Assembly: GCA_021791445.1 (NCBI GenBank)
Contig: JAJYWO010000002.1
Location: 21,757-85,756, forward strand
Direction of reading: 5' to 3'
Source: a bacterium
Lineage (GTDB): Bacteria; Patescibacteriota; Minisyncoccia; UBA6257; UBA9933
DNA length: 64,000 bases
Part shown: positions 45,379 to 56,526 of the stretch, one piece after another
Layout of the letters: each line of letters begins with the position of its first letter
Position numbering within the stretch: the stretch's first letter is position 1
Notes under the pieces: generated by a model
Seen by the model: only the letters and a program-made list of their open reading frames with translations
What the model was told of the DNA's origin: nothing
Database searches by the model: none
Translations under genes and position numbers: made by a program

Positions 45379-45900
45379 TTACAATCTAAATCTCTCCAAA
45401 ATTTCGTATTCCGCGCCGTTGCGCGATAAATGCGAGCGCATAATTATAAATTCTTCGACTATTTCTCGCCAATTGATTTTATCGTCTATTTTTTTAACGG
45501 GAAAATTTTTAAAATCTTCCGGCCGAAAGCGCGCCAAAGTTAAATGCAGTAAAAAATCGTTTCTTTCGCTCGGCATATTCAGCGCGTTTTCCAATAATTT
45601 CTTCAATTCAATAATTTGCTTCGGCGTTTTACCGATTGCCCAAATTAAGCGTGGCGAATAACTATTTGTACCAAAAGAAACTTTTTCAAAATTCATTTCA
45701 AAAGAACCGATTTTGCTTTCAATTGTCTTTAAAATATCCTTAACTTCGTCAATATTGTCTTCCTCCCACGGAGGAATTAAGGTAATATGAAGATTTTTGC
45801 CCTCCAACCAGCGCGCCGGCAAATCCGAATAAAATTCCCGATATTTCTCAATTTCCTTTTGCAATTTTTTCGAAATCGGAATGGCAATGAATATTCTCAT
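45379..45900 (-). CDS. thpR: 2H phosphoesterase (LigT/ThpR, 2'-5' RNA ligase)
   Basis: Two H-x-T-x motifs (HITLIP and HLTLAR). Confidence 0.75.
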   Translation of the reverse strand: MRIFIAIPISKKLQKEIEKYREFYSDLPARWLEGKNLHITLIPPWEEDNIDEVKDILKTIESKIGSFEMNFEKVSFGTNSYSPRLIWAIGKTPKQIIELKKLLENALNMPSERNDFLLHLTLARFRPEDFKNFPVKKIDDKINWREIVEEFIIMRSHLSRNGAEYEILERFRL

Positions 45901-46304
45901 ACATCAAAAACCAAAATAGTTTCCCATTCGCCTTTTTCGTTTTTCTTAATATCGGCTTCGTGGTAAGTGACAGCCTTGATATCTTCGTCAAAATTTTCAA
46001 CCGCTACGCCGTAAATTTCCGCTTTTAATTCTGTCTCGCTGAACTGTAAAAATTTTACATCAGCATAAATCTCTTTGTTTATTTGCGATTGCGCCAAAAC
46101 CTCGCTTAGAAAATCCACCAAAAGCGCTGTTTTGTCCGGCGATTGAATTTTAATCAGTTTTTTCGATATTGAAATTTGTGGTTTGTAATTTGGAATTTGA
46201 ACAAATGTCATTCCTTGTAACGCGTCGCGAAAAAGCGTTTCCAAATCTCCCGCCCTTACCGACATTCTCACATCCGCCGTATGTTTCAAAAATTTAAAAG
46301 GCAT
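45897..46304 (-). CDS. Archease (RtcB activator)
   Basis: N-terminus MPFKFLKHTADV matches the archease pattern and the size is right. Co-oriented with ligT and rtcB. Confidence 0.65.
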   Translation of the reverse strand: MPFKFLKHTADVRMSVRAGDLETLFRDALQGMTFVQIPNYKPQISISKKLIKIQSPDKTALLVDFLSEVLAQSQINKEIYADVKFLQFSETELKAEIYGVAVENFDEDIKAVTYHEADIKKNEKGEWETILVFDV

Positions 46305-46412
46305 AAAATAAAATCACTTTTTTAATCTTTTGATTTATTATATCATTTTTTGCTTTATTGCGATATCTGAATTCGTATTGCGCGTTAAATTATAATTTTC
46401 TATAATAAAGTT

Positions 46413-46829
46413 ATGGCTTTTATAAAATGGGATATGTCGTACAGCGTCGGCGTAAAAATGATTGATGCCCAGCATCAGAAGCTTTTTGCGCTGATTAACG
46501 ATTTTTATAATTCCGTAAAAATGAAAACGGAAAATCTGGAACCGGTGGATTCCGCTTTGCAGGATTTATTTTCCTACATTGATTTTCATTTCAAAACCGA
46601 AGAGAAGTATTTTGAAGAGTTCGGCTACGAAAAAACCGAAGAGCATAAAAAACAACACAAATTTTACGAAGACAAAATAAAAGACTTGAATGAACGGTAT
46701 CAAAAAACCAAAAACGAACAAGAAATCAGCGAAGAAATAATAAATTTCATCAAAGACTGGATTTCAAACCACATTAAAATTTCCGACAAAGAATATAAAA
46801 TATGCTTTAACGAACACGGATTGGTTTAA
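46413..46829 (+). CDS. Hemerythrin-like metal-binding protein
   Basis: The translation has spaced His/Glu pairs compatible with an HHE cation-binding fold: H..H...E...F, HKKQH and EH. Confidence 0.6.
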   Translation: MAFIKWDMSYSVGVKMIDAQHQKLFALINDFYNSVKMKTENLEPVDSALQDLFSYIDFHFKTEEKYFEEFGYEKTEEHKKQHKFYEDKIKDLNERYQKTKNEQEISEEIINFIKDWISNHIKISDKEYKICFNEHGLV

Positions 46830-47584
46830 TCAAATTCTCTTACTGCGGAAACATAGGCGCAATAATCGCAATTGTCGCCTGCCTCGGGAATTTCATCTCT
46901 TACTAAACACTTATGCGCTTCTGTAATAGCGCCCTCCACCCATTTATCATCGCCTTCGTAAGGGATAAGCGTAATGTCAAATTCCAATCTTGCGTCAAAC
47001 GCTTTTTTATCCGTTATGCCGTTGCAATAAACGAAATATCCGGTGTCTGAAACCTTGAATTCGTTTTTCCGCAAAAGCCACTGATAAATTTCCATCTGCC
47101 TTTTATAGCTGTCCTGCCACGCTTTGTCCAACGCTTCTATTTTTTCATTCTTGCTGGTTGCCTTGTAATCAACCACAATATATTCCCTTTTTGAGTTTTG
47201 CCACAGATCGTCAATCGCGCCGGTTATTAAAAAATTCGTCGGCTCATGCAAATACTGCACTCCGGTAAAATTATGCCGCCACAAATCCAAATTTTTATGG
47301 TTAATGGGAACGGCGTCAATGCCGTATTTTTCAATCAAAGGATGTTTCTGATTTTTCGCCCGGTGGATGTCAAATTCTTTTTTAAGCAAAGCGTCAACCG
47401 CGCTGTTCAAGCTGAAAGGAAATCCCGGGGGACGGCCGATTCCCAAACGCCGATCCAAATAAAAACACCTCGGGCATTCCAAAAAGAGCTCCAACTTGGA
47501 ACGGCTCACTTTGAACGGACTGCTTGAATTCGGATTAAAGATATTATTTGTTCTTTTGGGATTATAATATTCGGACATTATCAA
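46826..47584 (-). CDS. Cas4/RecB-like PD-(D/E)XK nuclease with Cys pairs at both termini
   Basis: ECPRC N-terminal and CDYC C-terminal pairs. Motifs IDDLW...VVDYK and QMEIYQWLL (QxxxY). Confidence 0.55.
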   Translation of the reverse strand: MIMSEYYNPKRTNNIFNPNSSSPFKVSRSKLELFLECPRCFYLDRRLGIGRPPGFPFSLNSAVDALLKKEFDIHRAKNQKHPLIEKYGIDAVPINHKNLDLWRHNFTGVQYLHEPTNFLITGAIDDLWQNSKREYIVVDYKATSKNEKIEALDKAWQDSYKRQMEIYQWLLRKNEFKVSDTGYFVYCNGITDKKAFDARLEFDITLIPYEGDDKWVEGAITEAHKCLVRDEIPEAGDNCDYCAYVSAVREFD

Positions 47585-47625
47585 AGTATAGCCGAATAAA
47601 AGAGTAAAGCAATATTAGCTTTTAT

Positions 47626-47844
47626 TTAATTTAATTCAATAATCTTCTGCTTTGAATTTTTTCCCAAAACGATTTCCAAGCGCGATTTGGGGATTTTAAG
47701 GTGTTCCGCCAGCGCCTTAATAACCGCCGCGTTGGCCTTTCCCTCTTGCGCCGGCTCTTTTACTTGAATTTCAAAGCTTGTTTCGCCGATTTTTTTGATT
47801 TTCGCTTCTTTGGAATTCGGTTTCGCTTTGACAAAAAATTTCAT
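47626..47844 (-). CDS. DUF167/YggU family protein
   Basis: Overall similarity to YggU (72 aa). Confidence 0.6.
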   Translation of the reverse strand: MKFFVKAKPNSKEAKIKKIGETSFEIQVKEPAQEGKANAAVIKALAEHLKIPKSRLEIVLGKNSKQKIIELN

Positions 47845-47956
47845 TTTCTTATTATTTCAACTTTACCATTTTTAAATTTTACCAATTTTGACGAATGTCC
47901 AATAATTTCCCCTCCATTATGAAGCAAAGCGAGTTTTCCCCACGGCGGATTTTTTT

Positions 47957-48352
47957 TCATATAACGCTCAATGCCTCATAAATCTCGCCCGTTATTTTTC
48001 TCAATAATTCCCGTTTTTTCCAGAAAGAATTGCTTTCCGAAACATTTTTATCCTTAATTTTATTCAATTCCAAAAGCGCCATATATCTCTCGTGCCCCAA
48101 ATCAACGTTTGATTTTGCGTTGGCGTCCTCCAACCCCTGATAAATTTTTTTCAAATTTTTATATTTATCGGGAATTTTTAATGCTTGGTTGGATTTTTTC
48201 CGCGACGAAAGACCGCTAGAAAGAGACGGGTTTAATTCAATATACTCCACAAAATCGTGGATAGCTTTGAAAAAATCAAAACTCGCGGGCGTTTTTGACA
48301 CCTTTTTAAACTTTTTATCCAAACCGATTTTTAAATTCTTCGCTGATTTCAC
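47957..48352 (-). CDS. Hypothetical protein (131 aa)
   Basis: ORF only. Confidence 0.4.
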   Translation of the reverse strand: MKSAKNLKIGLDKKFKKVSKTPASFDFFKAIHDFVEYIELNPSLSSGLSSRKKSNQALKIPDKYKNLKKIYQGLEDANAKSNVDLGHERYMALLELNKIKDKNVSESNSFWKKRELLRKITGEIYEALSVI

Positions 48353-48518
48353 CCCCGCATCATAACGAGTTTATATTTAAAACTTTTTATTTAAAATTGT
48401 TTTAAAATTTGGCTCGCAATTTTTTATTTTATCCCCCGCAATCACCAAGTAAAACTCGTTTGGTGTGGGGGTTCATTAATTATATTTTACCATAATTCCG
48501 GCAAAATAGCGAATTTTA

Positions 48519-48547
48519 TTTGACAGAAACATTATTATCTACTATGC
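48519..48547 (+). promoter_or_regulatory. Putative cspA promoter TTGACA-N17-TATGCT, with a leader of about 60 nt
   Basis: Hexamers seen in the sequence. The long 5' UTR is typical of cold-shock genes. Confidence 0.4.
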
Positions 48548-48605
48548 TTTAATAGTGTTATTTACACAGGAAACATAGTCGAATTTCTGAATAAAAAATA
48601 AACAT

Positions 48606-48806
48606 ATGAACGGAACTATTAAAAAATTGATTACGGACAAGGGATTTGGATTCATTTCTCGCGAAGGCGAAGCAAAAGATCTCTTTTTCCATTCCAATGA
48701 ATTAATTGGAGTGACATTTGACGAACTTAAAGAGGGCGATGCCGTCACCTTTGAAGTCGTTGATGGCGAAAAAGGCCCGAGCGCCAAAAACGTGTCGCGC
48801 GCTTAA
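48606..48806 (+). CDS. cspA: Cold-shock protein (CspA family)
   Basis: GFGFI (RNP1) and FFH (RNP2). 66 aa. Confidence 0.9.
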   Translation: MNGTIKKLITDKGFGFISREGEAKDLFFHSNELIGVTFDELKEGDAVTFEVVDGEKGPSAKNVSRA

Positions 48807-48821
48807 GCGTAACATTTTAAA

Positions 48822-48850
48822 AACCGCCCTTTATCGGGGCGGTTTTTTAT
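48822..48850 (+). terminator. cspA terminator
   Basis: CCGCCCTTTATCGGGGCGG followed by TTTTTTATTT. Confidence 0.6.
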
Positions 48851-48949
48851 TTAAAAAATATCGGAATTTCCAGAGCATCGTCATAATTTCTTTGCTTATG
48901 TTTTTTTAACCAAGTCATTGAACAATTCCATAGAATTGTTCAATAAATC

Positions 48950-48980
48950 AAAAACCTCCTGATTATCAGGAGGTTTTTAT
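48950..48980 (-). terminator. Terminator downstream of the intron-containing tRNA
   Basis: AAACCTCCTGATTATCAGGAGGTTT hairpin with T-runs on both strands. Confidence 0.5.
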
Positions 48981-48988
48981 TTGTAAAG

Positions 48989-49273
48989 CTCCGCAGGTAG
49001 GATTCGAACCTACGACCAACCGCTTACACTTATCTTAATATTTCTATTAAGGGTGGACTATATCTTCGCCATTAATAAATAAATTTATTATTAGGCGTTT
49101 TGGTATCTAGTCTCTACGGCGCCTCCGACAAAACGTCGGAGTTCCCACGGTATTACCACTTCCTTACTATGGCGGAAAAGGCTTCACCGTTATCCCAAAA
49201 TGTTCATTACTAAGTTTCCTTAGAAAGCTGCGTTATTTCACAGGCGGCCGCTCTACCACTGAGCTACTGCGGA
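48989..49273 (-). tRNA. tRNA, probably tRNA-Asn(GTT), interrupted by a 213-nt group I intron in the anticodon loop
   Basis: Exons give TCCGCAG/CTGCGGA acceptor, D arm GCTC/GAGC, anticodon stem GCCGC/GCGGT, T arm GTAGG-TTCGAAT-CCTAC, and discriminator G. The Asn identity assumes the splice follows CUGU and lands before UAA. Confidence 0.65.
49027..49239 (-). ncRNA. Group I intron (self-splicing ribozyme) with no ORF
   Basis: R-like element GTAGAGACTAGA and S element AAGATATAGTCC, which form P7. The 5' exon ends in U and the intron ends in G. A possible P1 pairs exon CUGU with intron GCAG. Confidence 0.6.
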
Positions 49274-49311
49274 ATATTCAATTTTTACGAATTACAGTAT
49301 ATAATTTCGGA

Positions 49312-50661
49312 ATGAAAATTGCAATCTTGGGATTCGGCAGCGAAGGAAAAGCGGTTTTGAAATTCCTTCAACAACGCGGACAGACGCGGAACAAACGCGG
49401 AATAACGCGGAATAATAATGAAATTTGGATTTTGGACAAAAATCATAATTTAAGGCCTCCGCAAGGCCTTCAATTTCAAGTTGGCGAAAATTATCTAAAA
49501 AACCTCGCTGATTTTGACATTGTTTTTCGCTCACCCGGAATCCCCTACAACTTGCCAGAAATTCAAAACGCGATTAAAAAAGGCGTAAAATTTTCCGGCG
49601 CCACAGACTTATTTTTTCAAAACGCCAGAAAAATCGGCTGTAAAATAATCGGCATTACCGGCACCAAAGGCAAGGGCACGATTTCAACTTTGCTTTACAA
49701 AATTTTGCGGAATGCCGGCAAAGATGTTTTTTTGGCGGGCAATATCGGCAAGCCCGCGTTGGATATTCTAGCGAAACTCAAAAAAAATTCCATCGTTATT
49801 TTGGAAATGTCCAGTTTTCAATTACAAGACTTACAACATTCTCCGGACATCGCCGTTGTTTTAAATGTTTTTGAAGATCATCTGGATAGCCATAAAAATT
49901 TTAAAGAATACATCAGCGCCAAGGCGCAAATTGCCAAATTCCAAAAACCAAATTCCAAAATATTCTATGACGCGAGCAATAAATGGAGCAAGTGGATTGC
50001 GCAAAAAAGCCCTGCCCAAAAATTCCCAATAAACCCTTTATTCTCTAATTCTGCAGAATTAGAGAATAAAGTAAAATCTGTCGTAAAAATACCGGGCGAA
50101 CATAATTTAAAAAACGCCGTAATAACGGCGACAGTGGCTAAATCCCTCGGCATTCCGGAAAATATCATCTTAAAAACCGTCAAAAACTACCGCGGCATGG
50201 AGCACCGCCTGGAATTGGTTCATTCCAACATTCTCAAGAATGTTGGAATGAATTTTTTTAACGATTCTGCTTCAACGAATCCTTATACAGCTGCGGCCGC
50301 GATTCGCGCTTTTCCGAATCAGCCGAAAATTTTAATCTGCGGAGGAAAAGACAAAAATCTTGACTACGCTCCCCTCGCCCAGGCATTAAAAAATTCTAAA
50401 ACGAAAATGGTAATTTTATTCGGCGAAAATAAAAAAAAAATAAATAAGGCAATCAATAATCAAAAACTAGCAATCAGGAAAGTGGAAAATCTACAACAAG
50501 CCGTTCAACTCGCCTACAAAACCGCTAAGCAATTACAACAATTAAAACAATATAACAATACAAACATCATCTTCTCCCCCGCCGCCGCCAGTTTTGACAT
50601 GTTTAAAGATTATAAAGACCGAGGCGAACAATTCAAAAAAATCGTGAAAAAGTTGAAATAA
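49312..50661 (+). CDS. murD: UDP-N-acetylmuramoylalanine--D-glutamate ligase
   Basis: MKIAILGFG N-terminus and GITGTKGKGT P-loop. In-frame decamer repeat (AACGCGGAAT)n at 49370-49412. Confidence 0.85.
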   Translation: MKIAILGFGSEGKAVLKFLQQRGQTRNKRGITRNNNEIWILDKNHNLRPPQGLQFQVGENYLKNLADFDIVFRSPGIPYNLPEIQNAIKKGVKFSGATDLFFQNARKIGCKIIGITGTKGKGTISTLLYKILRNAGKDVFLAGNIGKPALDILAKLKKNSIVILEMSSFQLQDLQHSPDIAVVLNVFEDHLDSHKNFKEYISAKAQIAKFQKPNSKIFYDASNKWSKWIAQKSPAQKFPINPLFSNSAELENKVKSVVKIPGEHNLKNAVITATVAKSLGIPENIILKTVKNYRGMEHRLELVHSNILKNVGMNFFNDSASTNPYTAAAAIRAFPNQPKILICGGKDKNLDYAPLAQALKNSKTKMVILFGENKKKINKAINNQKLAIRKVENLQQAVQLAYKTAKQLQQLKQYNNTNIIFSPAAASFDMFKDYKDRGEQFKKIVKKLK

Positions 50662-50691
50662 ATTAAATTTGATGATAATATTCGTTTCAAT

Positions 50692-50765
50692 GCGGGTGTA
50701 GCTTAGCGGTCTAAAGCACTGCCCTGTCACGGCAGGGATCGCCGGTTCAAATCCGGTCACCCGCG
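50692..50765 (+). tRNA. tRNA-Asp(GTC)
   Basis: Anticodon loop CTGTCAC. Discriminator G. Confidence 0.9.
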
Positions 50766-50771
50766 CAATCA

Positions 50772-50800
50772 TAAAAAGAGGCGAATCGCCTCTTTTTATA
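50772..50800. terminator. Bidirectional terminator (tRNA-Asp on one side, gatA on the other)
   Basis: AAAAGAGGCGAATCGCCTCTTTTT. Confidence 0.6.
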
Positions 50801-52250
50801 TTTTTTCATACCACTGCCCTATTCCCAAAATATCCGCTTCGCGGAAGGGCTTACCGATTAACTGAAAGCCGACAGGTAGTCCGTTTGTTCGCGTTGGAAT
50901 GGAAATCGCCGGTAAACCCGCCAAATTCACGGGAATCGTGAAAATATCCTCCAAATACATCTGCAAGGGGTCGCTGGTTTTTTCGCCGATTTTGAAAGCC
51001 GGCGACGGCGAAACCGGAGTCAAAATCACATCAATATCCTGAAACGCCTTGTCAAAATCATTTTTTATCAATCTCCGCACTTTCTGCGCTTTGGAATAAT
51101 AAGCGTCGTAATAGCCGTGAGACAACACGAAAGTTCCCAAAATAATTCTCCGTTTCACTTCATCACCAAATCCCAACCCCCTTTGTTTCAAATAAATGTC
51201 CGAAAGATTTAAGATTTGAGATTTGAGATTTGAGATTTGACTATAACGGATGCCATCAAATCGCGCCAAATTTGCGCTCACTTCCGCCGGCATAATAATA
51301 TAATAAGAAGACAAGGCGTATTTCGTATGCGGCAGACTAATTTCCTTAAATTCAAAACCTTGCGATTTTAAAATATTTATCGTTTCCTGAACCGCTTTTT
51401 GGGTTTCTTTATCAAGACCCTTAATAAAATATTCTTTTGGCAATCCGATTTTCAATTTTTTGATTTTTTCAAAATCCGGATTCAATAATTCATCGCTATA
51501 TCTGCCAGTCGACGGATTAACGCTTGTGGAATCAAATTCGTCTTTCCCGCTGATTTCTTTGAATAAAATCGCCGCGTCTTCAACGGTTTTCGTTATGGGT
51601 CCGATTTGATCCAAACTGGACGCCATTGCCATCAATCCATAACGCGAAACCGCACCGTAAGTCGGCTTTAATCCGACCACACCGCAAAAATTGGCTGGCT
51701 GGCGGATTGAACCGCCGGTATCCGAACCCAAGGCCGCCACGCACATATTCGCGGCAACAGCGGCCGCCGAACCGCCGGAAGAACCGCCCGGCACTCTTTC
51801 CAAATCGCGGGGATTTCTCGTTTTCTGAAAAGCGGAATTCTCCGTTGACGAACCCATGGCAAATTCATCCATATTGGTCTTTCCTAAAAATATCGCGTCG
51901 GATTTTTTTAATTTTTTAATGACTGTGGCGTCATAACTCGCTTTGTAATTTTCCAAAATTTTTGAAGCCGAAGTCGTTATTTCCCCGTTTATTAAAATAT
52001 TGTCTTTAATCGCCAGAGGAACGGCGCCAAGAACGCCTATTTTGCCGCTACTGTTTAATTCGGCGTCAACAATATTCGCTTTCGCCAAAGCCGCGTCTTC
52101 GCTTGTTCGCAAATACGCGCCGATTTCTTTATCCCGCGATTTTATCAAATCAAAAACCGCTTTCGTAATTTCAAGAGCGGAAAATTTTCTATCAACCAAC
52201 CCCTGATGAAATTTTTTAATGGTTAAATTTTTTAAATCCATTTTATTCAA
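50796..52250 (-). CDS. gatA: Glutamyl-tRNA(Gln) amidotransferase subunit A
   Basis: Amidase signature GGSSGGSAAAVA and GGSIRQPA. In-frame (GATTTGA)4 repeat at 51209-51241. Confidence 0.9.
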   Translation of the reverse strand: MNKMDLKNLTIKKFHQGLVDRKFSALEITKAVFDLIKSRDKEIGAYLRTSEDAALAKANIVDAELNSSGKIGVLGAVPLAIKDNILINGEITTSASKILENYKASYDATVIKKLKKSDAIFLGKTNMDEFAMGSSTENSAFQKTRNPRDLERVPGGSSGGSAAAVAANMCVAALGSDTGGSIRQPANFCGVVGLKPTYGAVSRYGLMAMASSLDQIGPITKTVEDAAILFKEISGKDEFDSTSVNPSTGRYSDELLNPDFEKIKKLKIGLPKEYFIKGLDKETQKAVQETINILKSQGFEFKEISLPHTKYALSSYYIIMPAEVSANLARFDGIRYSQISNLKSQILNLSDIYLKQRGLGFGDEVKRRIILGTFVLSHGYYDAYYSKAQKVRRLIKNDFDKAFQDIDVILTPVSPSPAFKIGEKTSDPLQMYLEDIFTIPVNLAGLPAISIPTRTNGLPVGFQLIGKPFREADILGIGQWYEKI

Positions 52251-52551
52251 AAACGCCGGGAACCTTCAAAAAATCCCTTTCTTTTTCCGGAAAAGCGTTG
52301 ATTAAATCAATCGCCGGAGTTTCGCATTTTATTTCTTTGTCCTCACAGAAAACATTTGTCAATTCCGCGGCGCCGGCCATCGGCTCAACGCCGGAAACGT
52401 CAACTTCTTTCAATTCCTCAAAATGACCGAAAATAGCGGCTAAGTCGCCCAATAATTTTTCTTCTTTGCTTGAATCAATTTCAATTCTCGCCAATTCCGC
52501 CAATTTTTCCAAAGTTTGCTTATTGATTTTTTCGCTCATAAATTTTTTCAA
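52243..52551 (-). CDS. gatC: Glutamyl-tRNA(Gln) amidotransferase subunit C
   Basis: Size (102 aa) and position immediately upstream of gatA. Confidence 0.75.
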   Translation of the reverse strand: MKKFMSEKINKQTLEKLAELARIEIDSSKEEKLLGDLAAIFGHFEELKEVDVSGVEPMAGAAELTNVFCEDKEIKCETPAIDLINAFPEKERDFLKVPGVFE

Positions 52552-52927
52552 TATCTTTTTCCATTTTCCCTATTTTTTCTTTAAGCTCAAACAAAACTTT
52601 CATCTGAGCGCGCTGTAAATCCAATTCAGTTCTTATTTCCGATTCTTCTTTTTCTTCTATCTTCTTTTCCTGTTTCAGACCGGAAAAAATAATGTAATGG
52701 CCGATAAAAAACGAAACAAAAAGTCCGGTCATTAAAAGGATAATTAAACTGATTATAATGGAAGCCATTGCGCCCAAACCGATTTCATCCGCCAAATGCC
52801 AAATTCCGCGCCAAAAAAGCACAATTCCGGTTCCGCCGACCAAGGCGTACAAAATCGGATAATGGCTTAATTTACTTCTTAACTTATCCTCTAATTTGTC
52901 AAAAAATTTTATTATTTTTCCCGCCAT
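52520..52927 (-). CDS. Hypothetical membrane protein (135 aa)
   Basis: Two TM helices and a charged coiled-coil tail. Confidence 0.4.
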   Translation of the reverse strand: MAGKIIKFFDKLEDKLRSKLSHYPILYALVGGTGIVLFWRGIWHLADEIGLGAMASIIISLIILLMTGLFVSFFIGHYIIFSGLKQEKKIEEKEESEIRTELDLQRAQMKVLFELKEKIGKMEKDIEKIYERKNQ

Positions 52928-52934
52928 TTTACTT

Positions 52935-53939
52935 TTAATAATTTATTCCAACTGCTTTTTTTACTTCTTGCATTGTTTTTGCGGCAATTAATTTCGCTTT
53001 TTCCGCGCCGCTTTGCAAAATTTTTCTGACTTTATCCGGATTTTCCTTAAGTTTTTTCAGATCTTTTTGAAACGGCTCTAAAAACCCGACAACCGCTTCA
53101 CCGACATCTTTTTTGAATTCACCGTAATTCTTCCCTTCATATTCCTTTTCAAGCTGTTTTATTGTTTTTCCGGAAGCCAGCGAATAGATTTCCAAAAGAT
53201 TGGAAATGCCGGGCTTTTTTTCTTTATTGTAAATTACTTCTTTTCCCGAATCCGTTACCGCTCTTTTTATTTTTTCTTTTATTAAATTCGGCTCGTCGGT
53301 CAAAGCGATGTAATTGGCGGGGCTCTTGGCCGATTTTGACATTTTTTTCAGCGGATCATCCAATCCCATAATGCGCGCGCCTTCTTTTCTGATAATCGCC
53401 TGCGGAACAACAAAAATATCGCCGTACAAATTATTAAACCTTCTGGCAAGCGTTCTGGCAAGCTCAACATGTTGTTTTTGGTCTTCACCCACCGGCACAA
53501 AATCCGTTTTGTAAAGCAAAATATCGGCTGCCATTAAAACCGGATAATTAAAAAGTCCGACATTAACTTTACTGCGAAATCTTTTCGCTTTGTCTTTAAA
53601 TTGCGTCATTAATTCCAATTCCGGAATTTTCGCGATTGTATTCAAAATCCACGCCAATTCCGTATGCTCTGACACATCGGATTGAATAAAAATCGTCGAT
53701 TTCTCCGGATTTATGCCGGCCGCCAGATAAATCATCGCGGTTTCTAAAATTTTTTCGCGAAGCTTTTTCGGCTCCTGATAAACTGTCATCGCGTGATAAT
53801 CAACAATGGAAAACACGCATTTATGTTTATTCTGCAACTCCACCCATTGCTTAATGGCGCCCAAATAATTGCCCAAATGAAGAACCCCGCTCGGCTGCGC
53901 CGCCGAAAAAACCACTTTATTTTTAAAATCCTTTTGCAT
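52935..53939 (-). CDS. trpS: Tryptophanyl-tRNA synthetase
   Basis: FSAAQPSGVLHLGNYLGA (HIGH-like) and KMSKS. Confidence 0.9.
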   Translation of the reverse strand: MQKDFKNKVVFSAAQPSGVLHLGNYLGAIKQWVELQNKHKCVFSIVDYHAMTVYQEPKKLREKILETAMIYLAAGINPEKSTIFIQSDVSEHTELAWILNTIAKIPELELMTQFKDKAKRFRSKVNVGLFNYPVLMAADILLYKTDFVPVGEDQKQHVELARTLARRFNNLYGDIFVVPQAIIRKEGARIMGLDDPLKKMSKSAKSPANYIALTDEPNLIKEKIKRAVTDSGKEVIYNKEKKPGISNLLEIYSLASGKTIKQLEKEYEGKNYGEFKKDVGEAVVGFLEPFQKDLKKLKENPDKVRKILQSGAEKAKLIAAKTMQEVKKAVGINY

Positions 53940-53953
53940 ATATACAGATTATA

Positions 53954-56038
<2,085 letters not shown>

Positions 56039-56076
56039 TTAAACATTATATCAATAAAAAACAGCCGCGTGAACGG

Positions 56077-56526
56077 CTAATTTTTTATTGATATAATCCT
56101 TTCGTTTTCTTTTTCTCCGTATTTTAACTTTATCGCAATAACTTTTTTCGGCAGTATACGCCCTATTCTTTCCGGCCATTCTATTAAAACGATGTTTTCC
56201 GGATTATTTAATATTTCTCTTATTCCCATATTTAAAATATCTTTCGGCTTGTGGATGCGGTAGCAATCAATATGATAAATTGATTTATAATCTTTATAAC
56301 TTTTAACTTTATAACTTTTAACTATTGTGAAGGTGGGACTGGTGATTTTTTTTCTGATTCCCGCGCCGCGCAAAAAACCTTGGACAAAAGTCGTTTTGCC
56401 GGCTCCCAAATCGCCGCTTAAAGTCAACGTCAACGCAGATTTGCGCAAAAATTTAGCGCCTAAAATTTCCCGCGCCAATAATTTCGCGATTTTTTTCGTT
56501 TGAAACGAAGAAGTTGTTTTAATCAA
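56077..56526 (-). CDS. tsaE: tRNA t6A37 biosynthesis ATPase TsaE
   Basis: GDLGAGKTTFVQG P-loop. In-frame 15-bp tandem repeat at 56289-56324. Confidence 0.8.
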   Translation of the reverse strand: MIKTTSSFQTKKIAKLLAREILGAKFLRKSALTLTLSGDLGAGKTTFVQGFLRGAGIRKKITSPTFTIVKSYKVKSYKDYKSIYHIDCYRIHKPKDILNMGIREILNNPENIVLIEWPERIGRILPKKVIAIKLKYGEKENERIISIKN

